DNA of 64,000 bases from Bryobacterales bacterium (lineage in GTDB: Bacteria; Acidobacteriota; Terriglobia; Bryobacterales; Bryobacteraceae). The first letter of the stretch is position 1, and every line of letters begins with the position of its first letter. The position numbers were made by a program, and so were the translations under genes. Shown here piece after piece: positions 33,399-44,025 of the stretch. Location: assembly GCA_963779075.1 (NCBI GenBank), contig CAVZWS010000007.1, positions 28,419 through 92,418 on the forward strand, in the 5' to 3' direction. The notes below the pieces were generated by a model. That model ran no database searches. It saw only the letters and a program-made list of their open reading frames with translations, and had not been told where the DNA came from.

Positions 33399-34201
33399 CA
33401 GCTCGTTCAGGGCGATGGCCACGCACTCCGCGCGCCCATAGCGCAAGCGGTATACGTGATTCTCACTTCCGCCTCCGAGATTCAGCTTGACGGGAACATC
33501 CAGACGCTTCAGCCAGGCCTCAACGGTATCGAAAACGCCCGGGTTGGGAGCCACCGCAATCAGCGTGTTGATACGATCCACTGGCAGAAACCGCACGGTG
33601 GCGCTTTTGCCGTCGAGCGAAGCGGCCTTTAATACGCTTTCGAGATCCTTCACCAGATCCGAAGGCTTGGTGTTCTTCACGTCGAACAAGCGCACCCGCT
33701 GGTTCGCGAAACTATCGCTATCGAACAACTGGATCAGCTCCATGGTCCGGCGCATATTGCGGCGGCTGTCGAGGATAAACAACAGGTTCGAGGGCGCGTA
33801 GGAATACATGGTGGCGTTCTCGCCCACGAACTCGCCTAGCACCTTAGTGAGCTCATCCACCGTCACATACTTGAGGAACACCAGATTCAGCATGATCTGG
33901 TCGTCCTCGGGAATATCGTGCGCGTTTACCTGCGGGCGCAGGGGCATCTTCGGAGCATCCTTCAGCGGCAGGATGCGGTAGACCTCGCCTTCCTTGAATC
34001 ATGGCCGCGCCATTGATGCGCAGGATCAGGTCGAGCAATCCGCGAGCATCCATGTTGGCGGTGCTGCCGTAAGTGTTCAGCACCACGCTGCCCTTCACCG
34101 CCGGGATCCAGGATGTAGTTGATCTTCAACTGACGCGCCAGTTGATTGATCACTTCGACCAGCGAAGCATTCTGTAGCGACAGGTTGCCGATGGGCACCA
34201 G

Positions 34202-34420
34202 CGCCTGGACCGGGGCAGTTTGCGCCGGATTGGTTTGTGCCGGAGTGGCTTGGGCCGGATTGGCGTCGGCGGGAGTGACTTGGGCCGGTGCGGCTTGCGC
34301 CGGCGCGAGCTGAACTGGAGCGGCTTGCGCTGGAGCAACTGGTGCAGGCGCCGCCGGAGCCGGGGCACCCTGAGCCGGAGCGCCTTGAGCTGGAGCAGGG
34401 GCCGGCGGTGGCGGAGCTTG
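34202..34420 (-). repeat. Pro/Ala/Gln-rich repeat linker at the mature N-terminus of gspD
   Basis: QAPPPPAPAPAQGAPAQGAPAPAAPAPVAPAQAAPVQLAPAQAAPAQVTPADANPAQATPAQTNPAQTAPVQA directly follows the signal peptide. Confidence 0.8.
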
Positions 34421-34509
34421 CGCGAAGGCTACGCCCGCGGCCAGCAGCACCACTTGCAAAAGCGCAATTCCTCTTACTGCGACAGAACGCATTTTCATTT
34501 CACTCACTC

Positions 34510-35388
34510 TCATTTCACTTCCGTCCAACTGCACGACGCCCCGAATATGCCCACTGACTGAACCTTCATGAATCCCGAGTGAACCGTGCCCACCGGCGAA
34601 TTGTCGGAGGGGAGGCAAGCGCGGTCTCCGCTGGACAACAACGGTCCGAAAGTGGAATCGCCGCTGGTATCGCCCGCGCTACCGGTATTGGAGGCGTTGG
34701 CTGTGCCGCCCAACGGAGTCACATTCTTGCCGGGCGATGGAGTGGCGGAGGCACTTGCGCCGTTCACCGCCGGAGCAGGGGCCGCAACCGGGCTCGGATG
34801 ATCCAATGACGTCTGGCGCACCGGCGTGGCAGCCGCCGCTGACGCGGGAGCCGAAGCAGCGGACTTGGACCCCGCCTGCGCACCTGCCGCTACGGCGGTT
34901 TCCTTCGGCCGCAGTTCTTCCAGCTTGCGCTCGACGTTCTTGCCCTTCCATTCGAAGTCGGCTCGGTTTTCGTCAAAGCTGACCAGCTTGAAATCGCCCA
35001 CCTGGTCGCCTGCGTGATAACCGCGCTGGGCGGCGTTGGCCGACGCGCTCAGCAAAATTACCGGCTCGCCAATCGACATCTGCCCGTGATAGTTGGGGAG
35101 CGCGGGCATCACCGGCTCCGGCGCGGGCTTGGGGGGCTCCACTACCACGGTGGGATTGCGGTCCTTCGAAAACAGCATTTTGCCGGCGACGTCAATGTAC
35201 TCGGCCGGTGTCACGGCTTTCACTGGAGGCAGAGCCGGCGGTGCCAGCACCGCTTTCGCCGCGACCTTCCGCTGCAGCACCGCACGCTCGCGCGCTTTGG
35301 CTTGAAGCCAATTCGTACGCAGGGTCCATACCAGGGCTCCGGCGAGAGCCAGCAGCGCCAGATTCAACAATACGAGTCGCCGATTCAA
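34510..35388 (-). CDS. GspC/PilP-like inner-membrane-anchored T2SS component
   Basis: TTG start overlaps the previous stop. N-terminal TM helix LVLLNLALLALAGALVW, a Pro-rich linker, and a small beta domain (GEPVILLSAS...GDQVGDFKLVSFDENRADFEWKG). The tail is Ala/Ser-rich. Assignment is by position and architecture only. Confidence 0.45.
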   Translation of the reverse strand: MNRRLVLLNLALLALAGALVWTLRTNWLQAKARERAVLQRKVAAKAVLAPPALPPVKAVTPAEYIDVAGKMLFSKDRNPTVVVEPPKPAPEPVMPALPNYHGQMSIGEPVILLSASANAAQRGYHAGDQVGDFKLVSFDENRADFEWKGKNVERKLEELRPKETAVAAGAQAGSKSAASAPASAAAATPVRQTSLDHPSPVAAPAPAVNGASASATPSPGKNVTPLGGTANASNTGSAGDTSGDSTFGPLLSSGDRACLPSDNSPVGTVHSGFMKVQSVGIFGASCSWTEVK

Positions 35389-36001
35389 AATGCGCCCTTT
35401 CCGGCCTTTTTGGAGGCTTGCGATTTTTCCGCCACCAGACGGCGCGGCACCACGCCCGAAACGGCCAGGCGCACGGCCACGGTCTTCTCCTTGGCGTTAG
35501 AGGAAAGAACGCGCAGATCGCTGGTGGCCACCAGCTCCGGCTCAGCTTGCAGCGCGGCGAGCAGGTTCACGAGCTGATCGATGCGGCATTCGATCTGCAC
35601 CGCCACGCTCGCTTCGCCATAGGAATCGCCGAATGGCCGAACCGGAGTGAGCTCGGTGGAGCGAATTTCGATGGGCGGATTTTCGGCCGCACCCAAGCGG
35701 CGGATGATCTGGATCACTTGCGCCTGGGCTTGCGGGGCGGTGTCGGCCGTGATGATTTCTTTTTCCCGCGCGGCGAGTTCGGCCGATACTTTCTTGAACA
35801 CACTTTCTTTCGCGGGCACCGTCGCCGCGGCTTCGCGCAAACGAGCCAAGCGAGTCTCCGCCAAGGCCACCGGATCCCCCGCGGGAGCCCCACCACCGCG
35901 GCGGCGCTATCGTTCGCCGGCCAGAAGTGAATCACCAATCCCAGCAGCGCGGATACCGCCAGCCAAGCCAGGGCGCGCCGGTCGCGAGGCCGCAGATTCA
36001 T
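35385..36001 (-). pseudogene. GspM/PilO-like T2SS assembly-platform protein, one frameshift
   Basis: MNLRPRDRRALAWLAVSALLGLVIHFW (TM helix) in one frame is joined near 35880 to ALAETRLARLREAAATVPAKESVFKK... (ORF 35385..35870). Confidence 0.5.
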
Positions 36002-37307
36002 TTGCCGGGCTCCCGATTGGTTCGAATGCGAAACGCCTCGGCGTCTTTCACGCGCGAGGGCGGAATCACGAATTCCGAACCTTGGAACAGCGGCGAGGCG
36101 TCGATGGCTTGCAGCAGCGGAGCGGCCTGCGGGGTTTCCCCGGCCAGCGTCACCTGGGTGCGGGTGATTTCGAGAAAATTGAGCCAGGCGGTGCGGCGGC
36201 AGAATCCGGGTCATCTCGGCCAGCACATCCATGTCGCTTTTGGTGCGGGCGCGCAGTGCGTCCAGTTGCGAAGTGTTGCGGCGAGCGTTTTCGATCTGGC
36301 GGTCGAGCGCCGTAGAGCGGGCGGCTACCGGCGCCACGCGCGCGATTTCGGCGTTCAGCGAGGCCAGATAGCGTTGCGTATCGTAGCGCGGGAAGAAAGC
36401 CAGCCCGAATCGCCAGCAGCAGAACCGCGGCGCCCAAAGCGGCCGAGGGAATCCACAGCCAGCGCGCGCCGGACGGCCTCAATTCGGACGGAAGTAAGTT
36501 GAGCGGCAGGGCCATCAAGGGGCACGCCGAAGCCAGCGCCGCTGCATACGGCAGGGCCGGGGAGGCGTTCAACAGCTCATCCAGGCCAACTGGCGCGGTG
36601 TCCGCATCCAGGCGCAGCTCGGATGCCGCCATGGGCGCGGCGCGTTCCAGCGGAACATCGAAGGTGGCGGAGAACACCGGACGGCTGGCGCTTTCGCCGT
36701 AGATCTCGACGCCGGTTTCAGCCGGCTCGTAGGCCAGCAGGCCGGAAGACGAGGGCGCCTCCCGAAACATACGCAGCGCGGAATGGATCGCCGCAGCCGA
36801 GCAAGTGAACGCGCCTACTTCAATGCCGGCTTCTGCGAACAGCGTGACGAAGCGCTCGATTACCGCGCGGCGCGTGATCGCGATCAGCACCGAGGAAGTG
36901 CCGGGGATCCGCGCCCAACTCGCCGCCACGTCTTCTTCGCGGTAAGGATGCAGGCCGTCCAGTTGAAATTCGATGGCCGCAGGCAAGTCTTTATCAGTTA
37001 CGCCGGGGAGCGCTACATGCCGCACCATCACCTCGCGGCGCGGCAGCAGAACCGTCGCCGCGACATGCGCGCAGCCGTGCTTGCGCACGAACGCGGCATA
37101 TTCGGTTCCCCACACGCCGGCGGCATGATGCATCGCGTCTTCAAAAGAGAGCGTGCCCACCACGCGCGCCCCGCCGGGATGCACGCGCACCGCGGTTACG
37201 CGCAGCGATTCGCCGCCATGCGGTCCCACAACTTCAATGCCCACGCCGTGCCCGAACGCCAGCCATTTTTTCAGGCCGTCGGGAATCAGCGTGCGAAGCA
37301 GGCTCAT
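35998..37307 (-). pseudogene. GspL-equivalent: fused PilM-like and PilN-like protein, 2 frameshifts
   Basis: PilM-like text LLPRREVMVRHVALPGVTDKDLPAAIEFQLDGLHPYREEDV. It is followed by the PilN hallmark LNLLPSELR, TM helix WLWIPSAALGAAVLLLAI and a coiled coil. The frame changes near 36412 and 36195, and the protein ends ...IRTNREPGK. Confidence 0.6.
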
Positions 37308-38403
37308 GGCTGCACGTCTCCGGAAAAGCCCGGCTGCCCCGGCACGTTGCCGCCGCGAACCGTCATGCCCGGATAAGGCGGAAGCGCGGCTTGCGACCAG
37401 GCGTCATCGTACCAGCGCAAGATGTGCATGGCCTGAGGAGATTTCTGCGGATCGAAAAGCTTGATGGTGGCCGCGGCGGTGCGCACTACTTCGGAATACG
37501 ACCCATCGGGCCGGCGCAGGCGGGCGCTCGCGCGCAGCGTATAAATCGAGAATCCGGAGCCCATGGCGATGCGCGGCGGCAGCGTGCCCGCGAGTTCCTG
37601 CGGATTTTGAAACGGACGCTGCTGGCGGGTCGCCACGATGGATGCCGCCATCTCCGGCGTCATGCCCATGGCTTCCATCAGCGCGGGACTGGCGGTATTC
37701 ACGTCGAACGGACCGAGCGATCCCCACACCGAAAGACAATCGCGCAGCCCGCCGCGCGCGTACAGACGCCCGTCGGCCCCGGTGGTGTAATTGCCATAGA
37801 ACAGTTCGGGACTCATGCCTTGCACCAGCAATAGTTCCTCAATCTCCAGAAGAGACGCGTGCCGCGCGCGAAAAGTCGGACCCAGGCTGAAATAGTATTG
37901 GTCGAACGCGCTGGGCTCGGCGACGGGCGATCGCCAGTCGACAATACCGTCGGTAATCTGCTGGGCGCGCGCCGGATCGCCGCTCACCGCGAGCACGACG
38001 CGATAAAGGTCGTCCGGGGAGGCTCTGATTGATATCGAGCTTGGAGGTTTCCGGAATCACTTCCACCAGAGCGTCGCCGCTCGGGAAACGCATCGTGAGA
38101 CGCCGCGTATTGGAGGTCCAGAAGCGCGGCAAACCATCGGGCGCGGGATAAGTTCTGGCCCGAGAAGCCCCACTGGACCCATAAAATGCCGCGCTCCAAC
38201 GCTCCCGAAGCCAGGTAGGATGCGCGCAGGCCCTCGCCGGAGGTGGAGACGCGATCGGTCTCCGAACGAACATTCGAAGACACGGAAAGCGCGATGGCCG
38301 CGAGTCCCGCCGATAGCCATAGCACAGCCAGCAGCGCTCCGCCACGCGTCTTTCCGGGCCGCAGCGTCGGGCCGCTCACCTCGCCGCCTAAATCCGTCGA
38401 CAT
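37304..38403 (-). pseudogene. gspK: minor pseudopilin GspK-like, at least 2 frameshifts
   Basis: N-terminus RGGALLAVLWLSAGLAAIALSVSSNVRSE. The text then reads ...EVIPETSKLDINQS... and the helix-hairpin-helix-like FDVNTASPALMEAMGMTPEMAASIVATRQQRPF. Fragments are 37984, 37839 and 37304. Confidence 0.6.
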
Positions 38404-39188
38404 ATACCATCCGAGGATCGCGATTCACCTGAATCGGCACCGTTACACCGAGAACCGAGAGACCTCCGGCGTCCGGCACAGCGGGCTCGCATTTCAATAC
38501 GTACTCCCGCCGGCAGCAACGGCTTGTCCCACAGCGGCAGCCAGGGAGTTTCGATAAATCGATTCTGATCGTAAGGCTCGTGATAAGAGAAACGGCAGTA
38601 AGCAAGGTGCTCCGCCAGCACATACGATTCGCCAGACGCGGCGCGGCGGACTGCGCCCCGCCCAATGGCGCGGCAGATCGGGCTCCCAAGCTCGTAGGAC
38701 GAAACCGGTGGCGGGGGAGCGCCGCCACAATACGGGATAGTGCTCTGCGGGCCCGTGTAGGGGCGTTCCGTGGCCACCAGTCGCACGCTGCCGCGTGGTT
38801 CCGCGATGACCCGGTACTCTACGATTTGCGGATATCCGCGAGCGCCTTCCGCGATCGAATAGCTCGACACCAGGCGCAGCGTATCTTCGGAGCCGCTGAG
38901 AAAAGAAGGAATCCCAATGGTCTGGCCGGCGTCCCCCAGGCACGCGCCTTGCACCGGCATTACGGCGGAGATTTGATCGGAGAGCATCTGCTGGGTCTTC
39001 ACGAAGCGGCGATTGGATTCGAGTCGCTTGGCGGTCTTCTCATAGGTCAGCAGGCTGGTGCGCATTGCCATCAGCATGCCGGTCGAGAGCCCGGCCACCA
39101 GAGTGATCGCGATCATCAGCTCCAGCAGCGTGACGCCGCGTTCCGAATGGCGGCCGCGCCTCGAAAAACCATAGACTCGGTCGCGCAT
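38388..39188 (-). pseudogene. gspJ: minor pseudopilin GspJ-like, compensated double frameshift near the 3' end
   Basis: Prepilin-type N-terminus SERGVTLLELMIAITLVAGLSTGML. The ATG overlaps the previous stop (TAATG). The C-terminal text PAVPDAGGLSVLGVTVPIQVNRDP reads only in another frame. Confidence 0.55.
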
Positions 39189-39644
39189 TAGAATCGCCGG
39201 TCTCCTTCGCGCAGGATGTTGCGGCGAAATCCTTCCAGCGAAAAACTGTGCCGCGCGGGACCGCTGATCCACCAGATTTCGAGCTCGATACGGTCGAGAT
39301 CCCACAAGGAGCCGGCCGCGCCCGGCGTGGATTCAAACGGCGTCACGCGGGCGCGCCATCCGGTACGCACACCGCCGGTGAGCGCGGGATCGAACTCGGC
39401 GGCGATGTCCTGATTGCGGGGTGCGTCGCGGTCGATCAGCAGCTCGTCCATCTTCTGTTTCGCGAGCAGAGTGGCCCGATCATAGTCGGTGAGGCGGGAT
39501 GCGTTGCGCGCGGCGCCGGCCATCCCGCTCAGAATGCCCGGCCACGGCGATGCCCATGATGAGGGTCGCCACCAGCACTTCGAGAAGCGTGAAGCCGTGT
39601 TGAATTAGGGTGCGGGATTGACGATGGTCGCGGTGCGGGGTCAT
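39188..39644 (-). pseudogene. gspI: minor pseudopilin GspI-like, one frameshift
   Basis: QHGFTLLEVLVATLIMGIAVAG is a prepilin N-terminus. It is joined near 39535 to LSGMAGAARNASRLTDYDRATLLAKQKMDELL... (ORF 39188..39523). The start overlaps the previous stop (TGATG). Confidence 0.6.
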
Positions 39645-40163
39645 CACGGCACCTTTTCCGCGCGCGTCAATTGCGTGAAGGGGTCGACGTTCACCAGCCG
39701 CTTGCTCCCGGCGCGGTTTGCAATCTCGATGCCGATGCGCGGGATGGTGCCGCCCGGATACATGAGGAAGCGGCGCGGCTCGATCCGGATTCACTTCGGC
39801 CGCGGGCAGCACCGCGAGGATGCGATATCCGTCGGGCAGCTCCAGGCGGCGCGAAAATTCCAGATCCGGCGAGCGCGCGATCAGGACGTTGTCTTTGGGA
39901 GCGATCCACACTTCGATCACCTGCTCGCGGCGGCCGGCGCGATCGATGGCGGTATTGAGAAAGTTCACCACCTGGTCCGACACGGAGCGCAGACGCAGGG
40001 ATTCGACGCCCGCAGCGGCGCTGGGGTAGCTGATGCCGGTGACGAGCGCGATCAGCGTCAGCACGATCAGCAGTTCGATGAGCGTGACGCCGGAGTTGAA
40101 CCGCGCACAACGCACTTCGTGCTGTGCGCTCGAAGCTCGTCTATTTGTTGCTCCAGCTAACAA
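39644..40163 (-). pseudogene. gspH: minor pseudopilin GspH-like, one frameshift
   Basis: FNSGVTLIELLIVLTLIALVTGISYP is a prepilin N-terminus. The frame changes near 39775, and the protein ends ...VDPFTQLTRAEKVP. The start is uncertain: TTG at 40163 or GTG at about 40113. Confidence 0.55.
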
Positions 40164-40573
40164 TGTCTGCGGCGTTCCCTTCTCCGCCGGGCTGGCCGTC
40201 GGCGCCTAGCGAAATCAAGTCGGGTTCGTCTCCGTGGTCGCCGGGAAACTTGTAGAGATACGCGTGGCCCCAGGGATCCATGGGAGCATCCTGCGGCAAA
40301 TACGGGCCGGCCCACTGATCGACGCCATCCGGCTTCACGCGCAGCGCGTTCAGCCCCATTTCGGTAGTGGGAAAGTTGCCGGTATCCAGCTTGTAAGAGC
40401 CCAGCGCCGTCATAAACGAATTGATCTGCGCGTGCACCTGGGTGCGTTTTGCCTTGTCTACATTAGTGAACAGTTTCGGGACCCACCAGCGCCGCGAACA
40501 GCGCAATGATGGTCACCACCACCAGCATTTCAATCAGCGTGATACCGCGTTGGGTTCGTCTAGTTTTGCGCAT
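40141..40573 (-). pseudogene. gspG: major pseudopilin GspG, one frameshift
   Basis: MRKTRRTQRGITLIEMLVVVTIIALFAALVGP is joined to KLFTNVDKAKRTQ... Deleting one C from the CCC run (plus-strand GGG at 40478-40480) restores the frame. The C-terminus is the GspG hallmark SLGADGQPGGEGNAADIVSW. Confidence 0.85.
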
Positions 40574-40583
40574 ACGTTTCCTT

Positions 40584-41796
40584 CTAGCCCGCAATGTCGT
40601 TGATGCTGGTGATGGCCAGCATCAGGCTCAAGATCAAAGTACCGATCAGCAGGCCCATCACTAGAATAATCAACGGTTCGAATAAGCGAAGTGAAGCGGC
40701 GGATGGCGCTGCGCGTTTCGGTTTCGTAAATATCGGCCATGCGGATGAACATGGCGTCCAGATGGCCGGTTTCCTCGCCTACGCTCAGCAGATGCGCGGC
40801 CAGTGGCGGGAATTCACCGGCCTTCGATAGCGGCCCGGCGATGCCTTCGCCGCGCTTGACGCCGGTGATCACGCGTTCGAGCGATGCCGCGATACGGCGG
40901 TTATTCAGAATCCCGCGCGAGATGCCGATCGATTGCACCAGCGGCACGCTGGCCGCGACCAAGGTGCCCATGGCGCGCGCGAAACGAGCGGTCTCGGCTT
41001 TGCGCAGCGCGTCGCCGAGAACCGGCACGCGCAAGCGGAAAGTGTCCCACCACATCGCGCCGCCGGGAGTGCGGATATAAGCGATCAGGCCAAGAATCGC
41101 CGCGGCTAATACAATCGCGGCGGGCAGTCCATACATTTGCAGATAGGCGCTGGTGGCCAGCAGCATCTGCGTGGGTACCGGGATGGTCATGCGCGGATCG
41201 GAAAAGATCTGCGCGAAACGCGGCACCACGAATTCCAGCAAAACAATGACGGATGAAAATCCGACGATGGTCAGCAGGCCGGGATAAATCAGCGAGCTGA
41301 TGATGTAGCTGCGCAGGTCATCGCGGGTGCGCTCGAATTCCGCGAGGCGCTCAAAAATTTGCGCCAGCGACCCGGAGGCTTCACCGGCGCGCACCATGTT
41401 GACATAGAGGTCCGGAAAGTACGCGGGGTGCGACGCGAGACTGTCCGCCAGCGATTTCCCGCCCTTGATCAGGCGGACGATATCCAGCACCAGCGTGCGG
41501 AAATTCGCGTGCTCGGTGAGTTCCGCGGTGATCGACAGACCACGGTCGAGCGGCACGCCTGCATTGAGCAGCGTCGCCAGTTCCTGAGTGAAGAACAGAA
41601 TATCTTTGCGCTTGCCGCGCTGGAACGCCGGCAGCTTGAGCGCCGCCGCGGCTTTCTGTTCCAGGCCTACATAGACCGGGATCAAGCCCTGGCGCTTCAA
41701 TTCGGCGGCGACCTGCCGATCGGTCTCGGCCGAAAGCGTGCCGGTGCGGAGCTTGCCGTCCGCCGCCACCGCTTTGAAGAAGTATGCCGTCGCCAT
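40584..41796 (-). pseudogene. gspF: T2SS inner-membrane platform protein GspF, one frameshift near the 3' end
   Basis: Two GspF-type repeats (FTQELATLLNAGVPLDRGL and FARAMGTLVAASVPLVQSI). The last TM helix, EPLIILVMGLLIGTLILSLMLAITSINDIAG, is readable only after a shift near 40680. Confidence 0.85.
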
Positions 41797-41802
41797 ATCG
41801 AA

Positions 41803-43440
41803 CTACAATTCCTGCGTCACGCGCATCACTTCTTCGGCCGAGGTCATGCCGCGGCGCACTTTATTCCAGCCATCCTCGCGAAGATTTTGCATGCCGTGGC
41901 GGCGGGCGATTTCGGTGATCTTGCCGGAATCCTCGTTGCGCATGATGGACGCGCGCAGTTCTTCGTTCAATTCCATCAGCTCGAAGATTCCGAGTCGTCC
42001 GCGATACCCGGTATTGAAACACGACTCACAACCGGCGCCGCGAAAAACGGGGATGGTCTCGCCTTCGGGCGTGATGGCGGTGCCCGCGGAAACCTTGCAC
42101 TCGGCACAGATCACGCGAACCAGGCGCTGCGCCAGCACGGCCACCAGTGACGACGTGATCAGGTAATTCTCCACGCCCATGTCGGTCAAACGCGCGATGG
42201 CGCTGGGCGCGTCATTGGTGTGCAGCGTCGAATAGACGAAGTGGCCGGTGAGCGCCGAGCGGATGGCGATGTCGGCGGTCTCGCGGTCGCGGATTTCGCC
42301 CACCATGATGACGTCGGGATCCTGGCGCACGATGTGGCGCAACCCTTGCGCGAAGGTCAGCCCGATCTGCGTATTCACGTGGATCTGGTTGATGCCGTCC
42401 ATCTGGTATTCGACCGGGTCTTCGATAGTGATGATCTTCTTGTCGGTCTGGTTGATGCGCTTGAGCGCCGAATAGAGCGTGGTCGATTTGCCGCTGCCGG
42501 TGGGGCCGGTGACCAGAAAGATGCCGTGCGGCAAGGAAGTGTAATGCTCCATGCGCGACAGCATGTGCTGGTCGAAGCCCAGGCGTTCGAGGTCATAGAA
42601 ATCGCCCGCCGAGCGATCGAGCAGGCGCATGACGACGCTTTCGCCGTAGAGGGTAGGCAAGGTGGAAACGCGCAGGTCGACTTCGCGCCCCAGCGTCTTG
42701 ACCTTGATGCGGCCGTCCTGCGGCAAGCGGCGTTCGGCGATATTCAGGCGAGCCATCAGTTTGACGCGCGAGATAATGGCGGCCTTCAGTTCGCGCGGCG
42801 GCGGGTCCTGACTCACCAGCACGCCGTCGATGCGGTAGCGTATGCGGAATTCTTTTTCGAACGGCTCGATGTGAATATCGCTCGCGCGCTTCTCCACGGC
42901 CTGCGCGACCATGGCGTTCACCAGGCGGATGACTGGCGCTTCGCTGGCCATGTCGCGAAGCTGTTCCAGGTCTTCGTTGGTCTCGCCAACCGGCGTGGCG
43001 ATCTCGGTTTCGTTCTTCTCGGTTTGTCCGTAGTAGCGGTCGATGGCGTCGAGAATTTCCTGCTCGCCCGCGAGACCTGGCAACACCGCCAATCCGGTGC
43101 ACGCTGCCACCGTCGACCGCGTTTCAAAATCCAGAGGATCGGCCATTGCCAGCGTGACGGTATGATCGTGCAGCGCCATCGGCAGGCAGCGGAACTGGCG
43201 CAGAAACTTAGGGGAAAGGGTTTCGGTCTCGGGAGAAACGGCGGGCGGACCTTCGATCGCGAGCAACGGCACCTGCAACTGCTCGGATAAAGCGATCAAC
43301 ACATCGCGCGCCGCGACGAAGCCGAGGTCGACCAGAATCTTGCCCAGCTTATCGCCACGCTCGCGCTGCAACTCCAGCGCCCGATCCAGGTCTTCACCGG
43401 TGATCAAGTGCTTCTGGATCAGGATTTCGCCAAGCCGCAT
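41803..43440 (-). CDS. gspE: T2SS ATPase GspE
   Basis: Intact 545 aa. N-terminal T2SSE_N-like domain (MRLGEILIQKHLITGEDLDRAL...). Walker A GPTGSGKSTT, Asp box, Walker B IIMVGEIRD, and a CxxC...CxxC tetracysteine (CAEC...CESC). Confidence 0.9.
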   Translation of the reverse strand: MRLGEILIQKHLITGEDLDRALELQRERGDKLGKILVDLGFVAARDVLIALSEQLQVPLLAIEGPPAVSPETETLSPKFLRQFRCLPMALHDHTVTLAMADPLDFETRSTVAACTGLAVLPGLAGEQEILDAIDRYYGQTEKNETEIATPVGETNEDLEQLRDMASEAPVIRLVNAMVAQAVEKRASDIHIEPFEKEFRIRYRIDGVLVSQDPPPRELKAAIISRVKLMARLNIAERRLPQDGRIKVKTLGREVDLRVSTLPTLYGESVVMRLLDRSAGDFYDLERLGFDQHMLSRMEHYTSLPHGIFLVTGPTGSGKSTTLYSALKRINQTDKKIITIEDPVEYQMDGINQIHVNTQIGLTFAQGLRHIVRQDPDVIMVGEIRDRETADIAIRSALTGHFVYSTLHTNDAPSAIARLTDMGVENYLITSSLVAVLAQRLVRVICAECKVSAGTAITPEGETIPVFRGAGCESCFNTGYRGRLGIFELMELNEELRASIMRNEDSGKITEIARRHGMQNLREDGWNKVRRGMTSAEEVMRVTQEL

Positions 43441-43446
43441 GGGCGT

Positions 43447-44025
43447 TTAGTACTGCACGGCTTGAATGGAAGCTTCGAGAGCCGCGCCGCCTTCGTGCTG
43501 CGCCTCCATCAGTTTCTTCTTGGATCCCTGCATCATGATCTGCGACGGTACTCCGCTGAGGTCCTCCCAGGGAAAATGCGAGAGGAACGCCACTAGCACG
43601 ATCTGCTCGTCGGGCGGCACCGCCGCCATTGCGGGCGACGCGGCGGTGTCGGCCAGAGCCTTCTCCATGGCCTTCTTGAGCTCCGGAATGCGATCGATCT
43701 TTTTCTGCCGGTGTTGGGCGATGCTCTGCTTGGTCATCGACGGCGTCAGGATTCCGATCTGCGGCCCCGCCACCAGATTCACTTCCGCCGTGAACACCGC
43801 GCCGTAGCCTTCTAAATAAACGCCGCGCGTGGGACCCAGCATGATGAACGGATTGTCGCTCCATAACCCGGCGAAGCGATTATCGAGACTCTTTTCCGCG
43901 GCAGCAAGCGTAGTCCTGGGCACGCGCGGCGCATCACTTGCAATCGCTGAGGCGGCAACCACAAGGAGGAGGAAAGGCACAGCAAGGAGAAAAGGCACAG
44001 CCGGGTGATTCTTCATGATCTTCAT
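43447..44025 (-). CDS. hypothetical secreted protein, co-operonic with the anti-sigma factor and gspE
   Basis: The ATG directly abuts the anti-sigma stop. The signal peptide has a duplicated PFLLAVPFLLLV segment. The stop lies 6 nt before the gspE ATG. No family recognised. Confidence 0.55.
   Translation of the reverse strand: MKIMKNHPAVPFLLAVPFLLLVVAASAIASDAPRVPRTTLAAAEKSLDNRFAGLWSDNPFIMLGPTRGVYLEGYGAVFTAEVNLVAGPQIGILTPSMTKQSIAQHRQKKIDRIPELKKAMEKALADTAASPAMAAVPPDEQIVLVAFLSHFPWEDLSGVPSQIMMQGSKKKLMEAQHEGGAALEASIQAVQY

Larger units (their letters stand above)
32099..34498 (-). pseudogene. gspD: type II secretion system secretin GspD, at least 5 frame interruptions
   Basis: Signal peptide MKMRSVAVRGIALLQVVLLAAGVAFA. 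N0-like text NLSLQNASLVEVINQLARQLKINYILDP/VKGSVVLNTYG. Secretin core ends GIPYLSRLPGIGLLFGNKSTSHERSELIIFMTPHVI. Fragments are 33962..34618, 33853..34098, 32223..33947 and 32099..32377. Confidence 0.8.

Noticed and set aside
33093-33400. Short tandem DNA repeats (GCCGCCGTAGCC-like) that might be taken for a CRISPR array or VNTR
   Set aside because: The repeats are imperfect, contiguous and without spacers. They lie in-frame inside gspD and encode GYGG units. No CRISPR-like repeat-spacer structure occurs anywhere in the window.
42220-43290. 356-aa ORF on the plus strand
   Set aside because: It is fully antisense to the intact gspE gene (Walker A, Walker B and tetracysteine all present on the other strand). 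The composition is low-complexity and Arg/Asp/His-rich.
32099-43440. Calling the cluster a type IVa pilus system (PilMNOPQ + PilB/C)
   Set aside because: The platform proteins are PilM/N/O/P-like. However, the major pilin has the GspG-specific C-terminus (SLGADGQPGGEGNAADIVSW), and a full GspH-I-J-K minor-pseudopilin set is present. There is no PilT retraction ATPase, and the gene order is E-F-G-H-I-J-K-L-M-C-D, as in T2SS.
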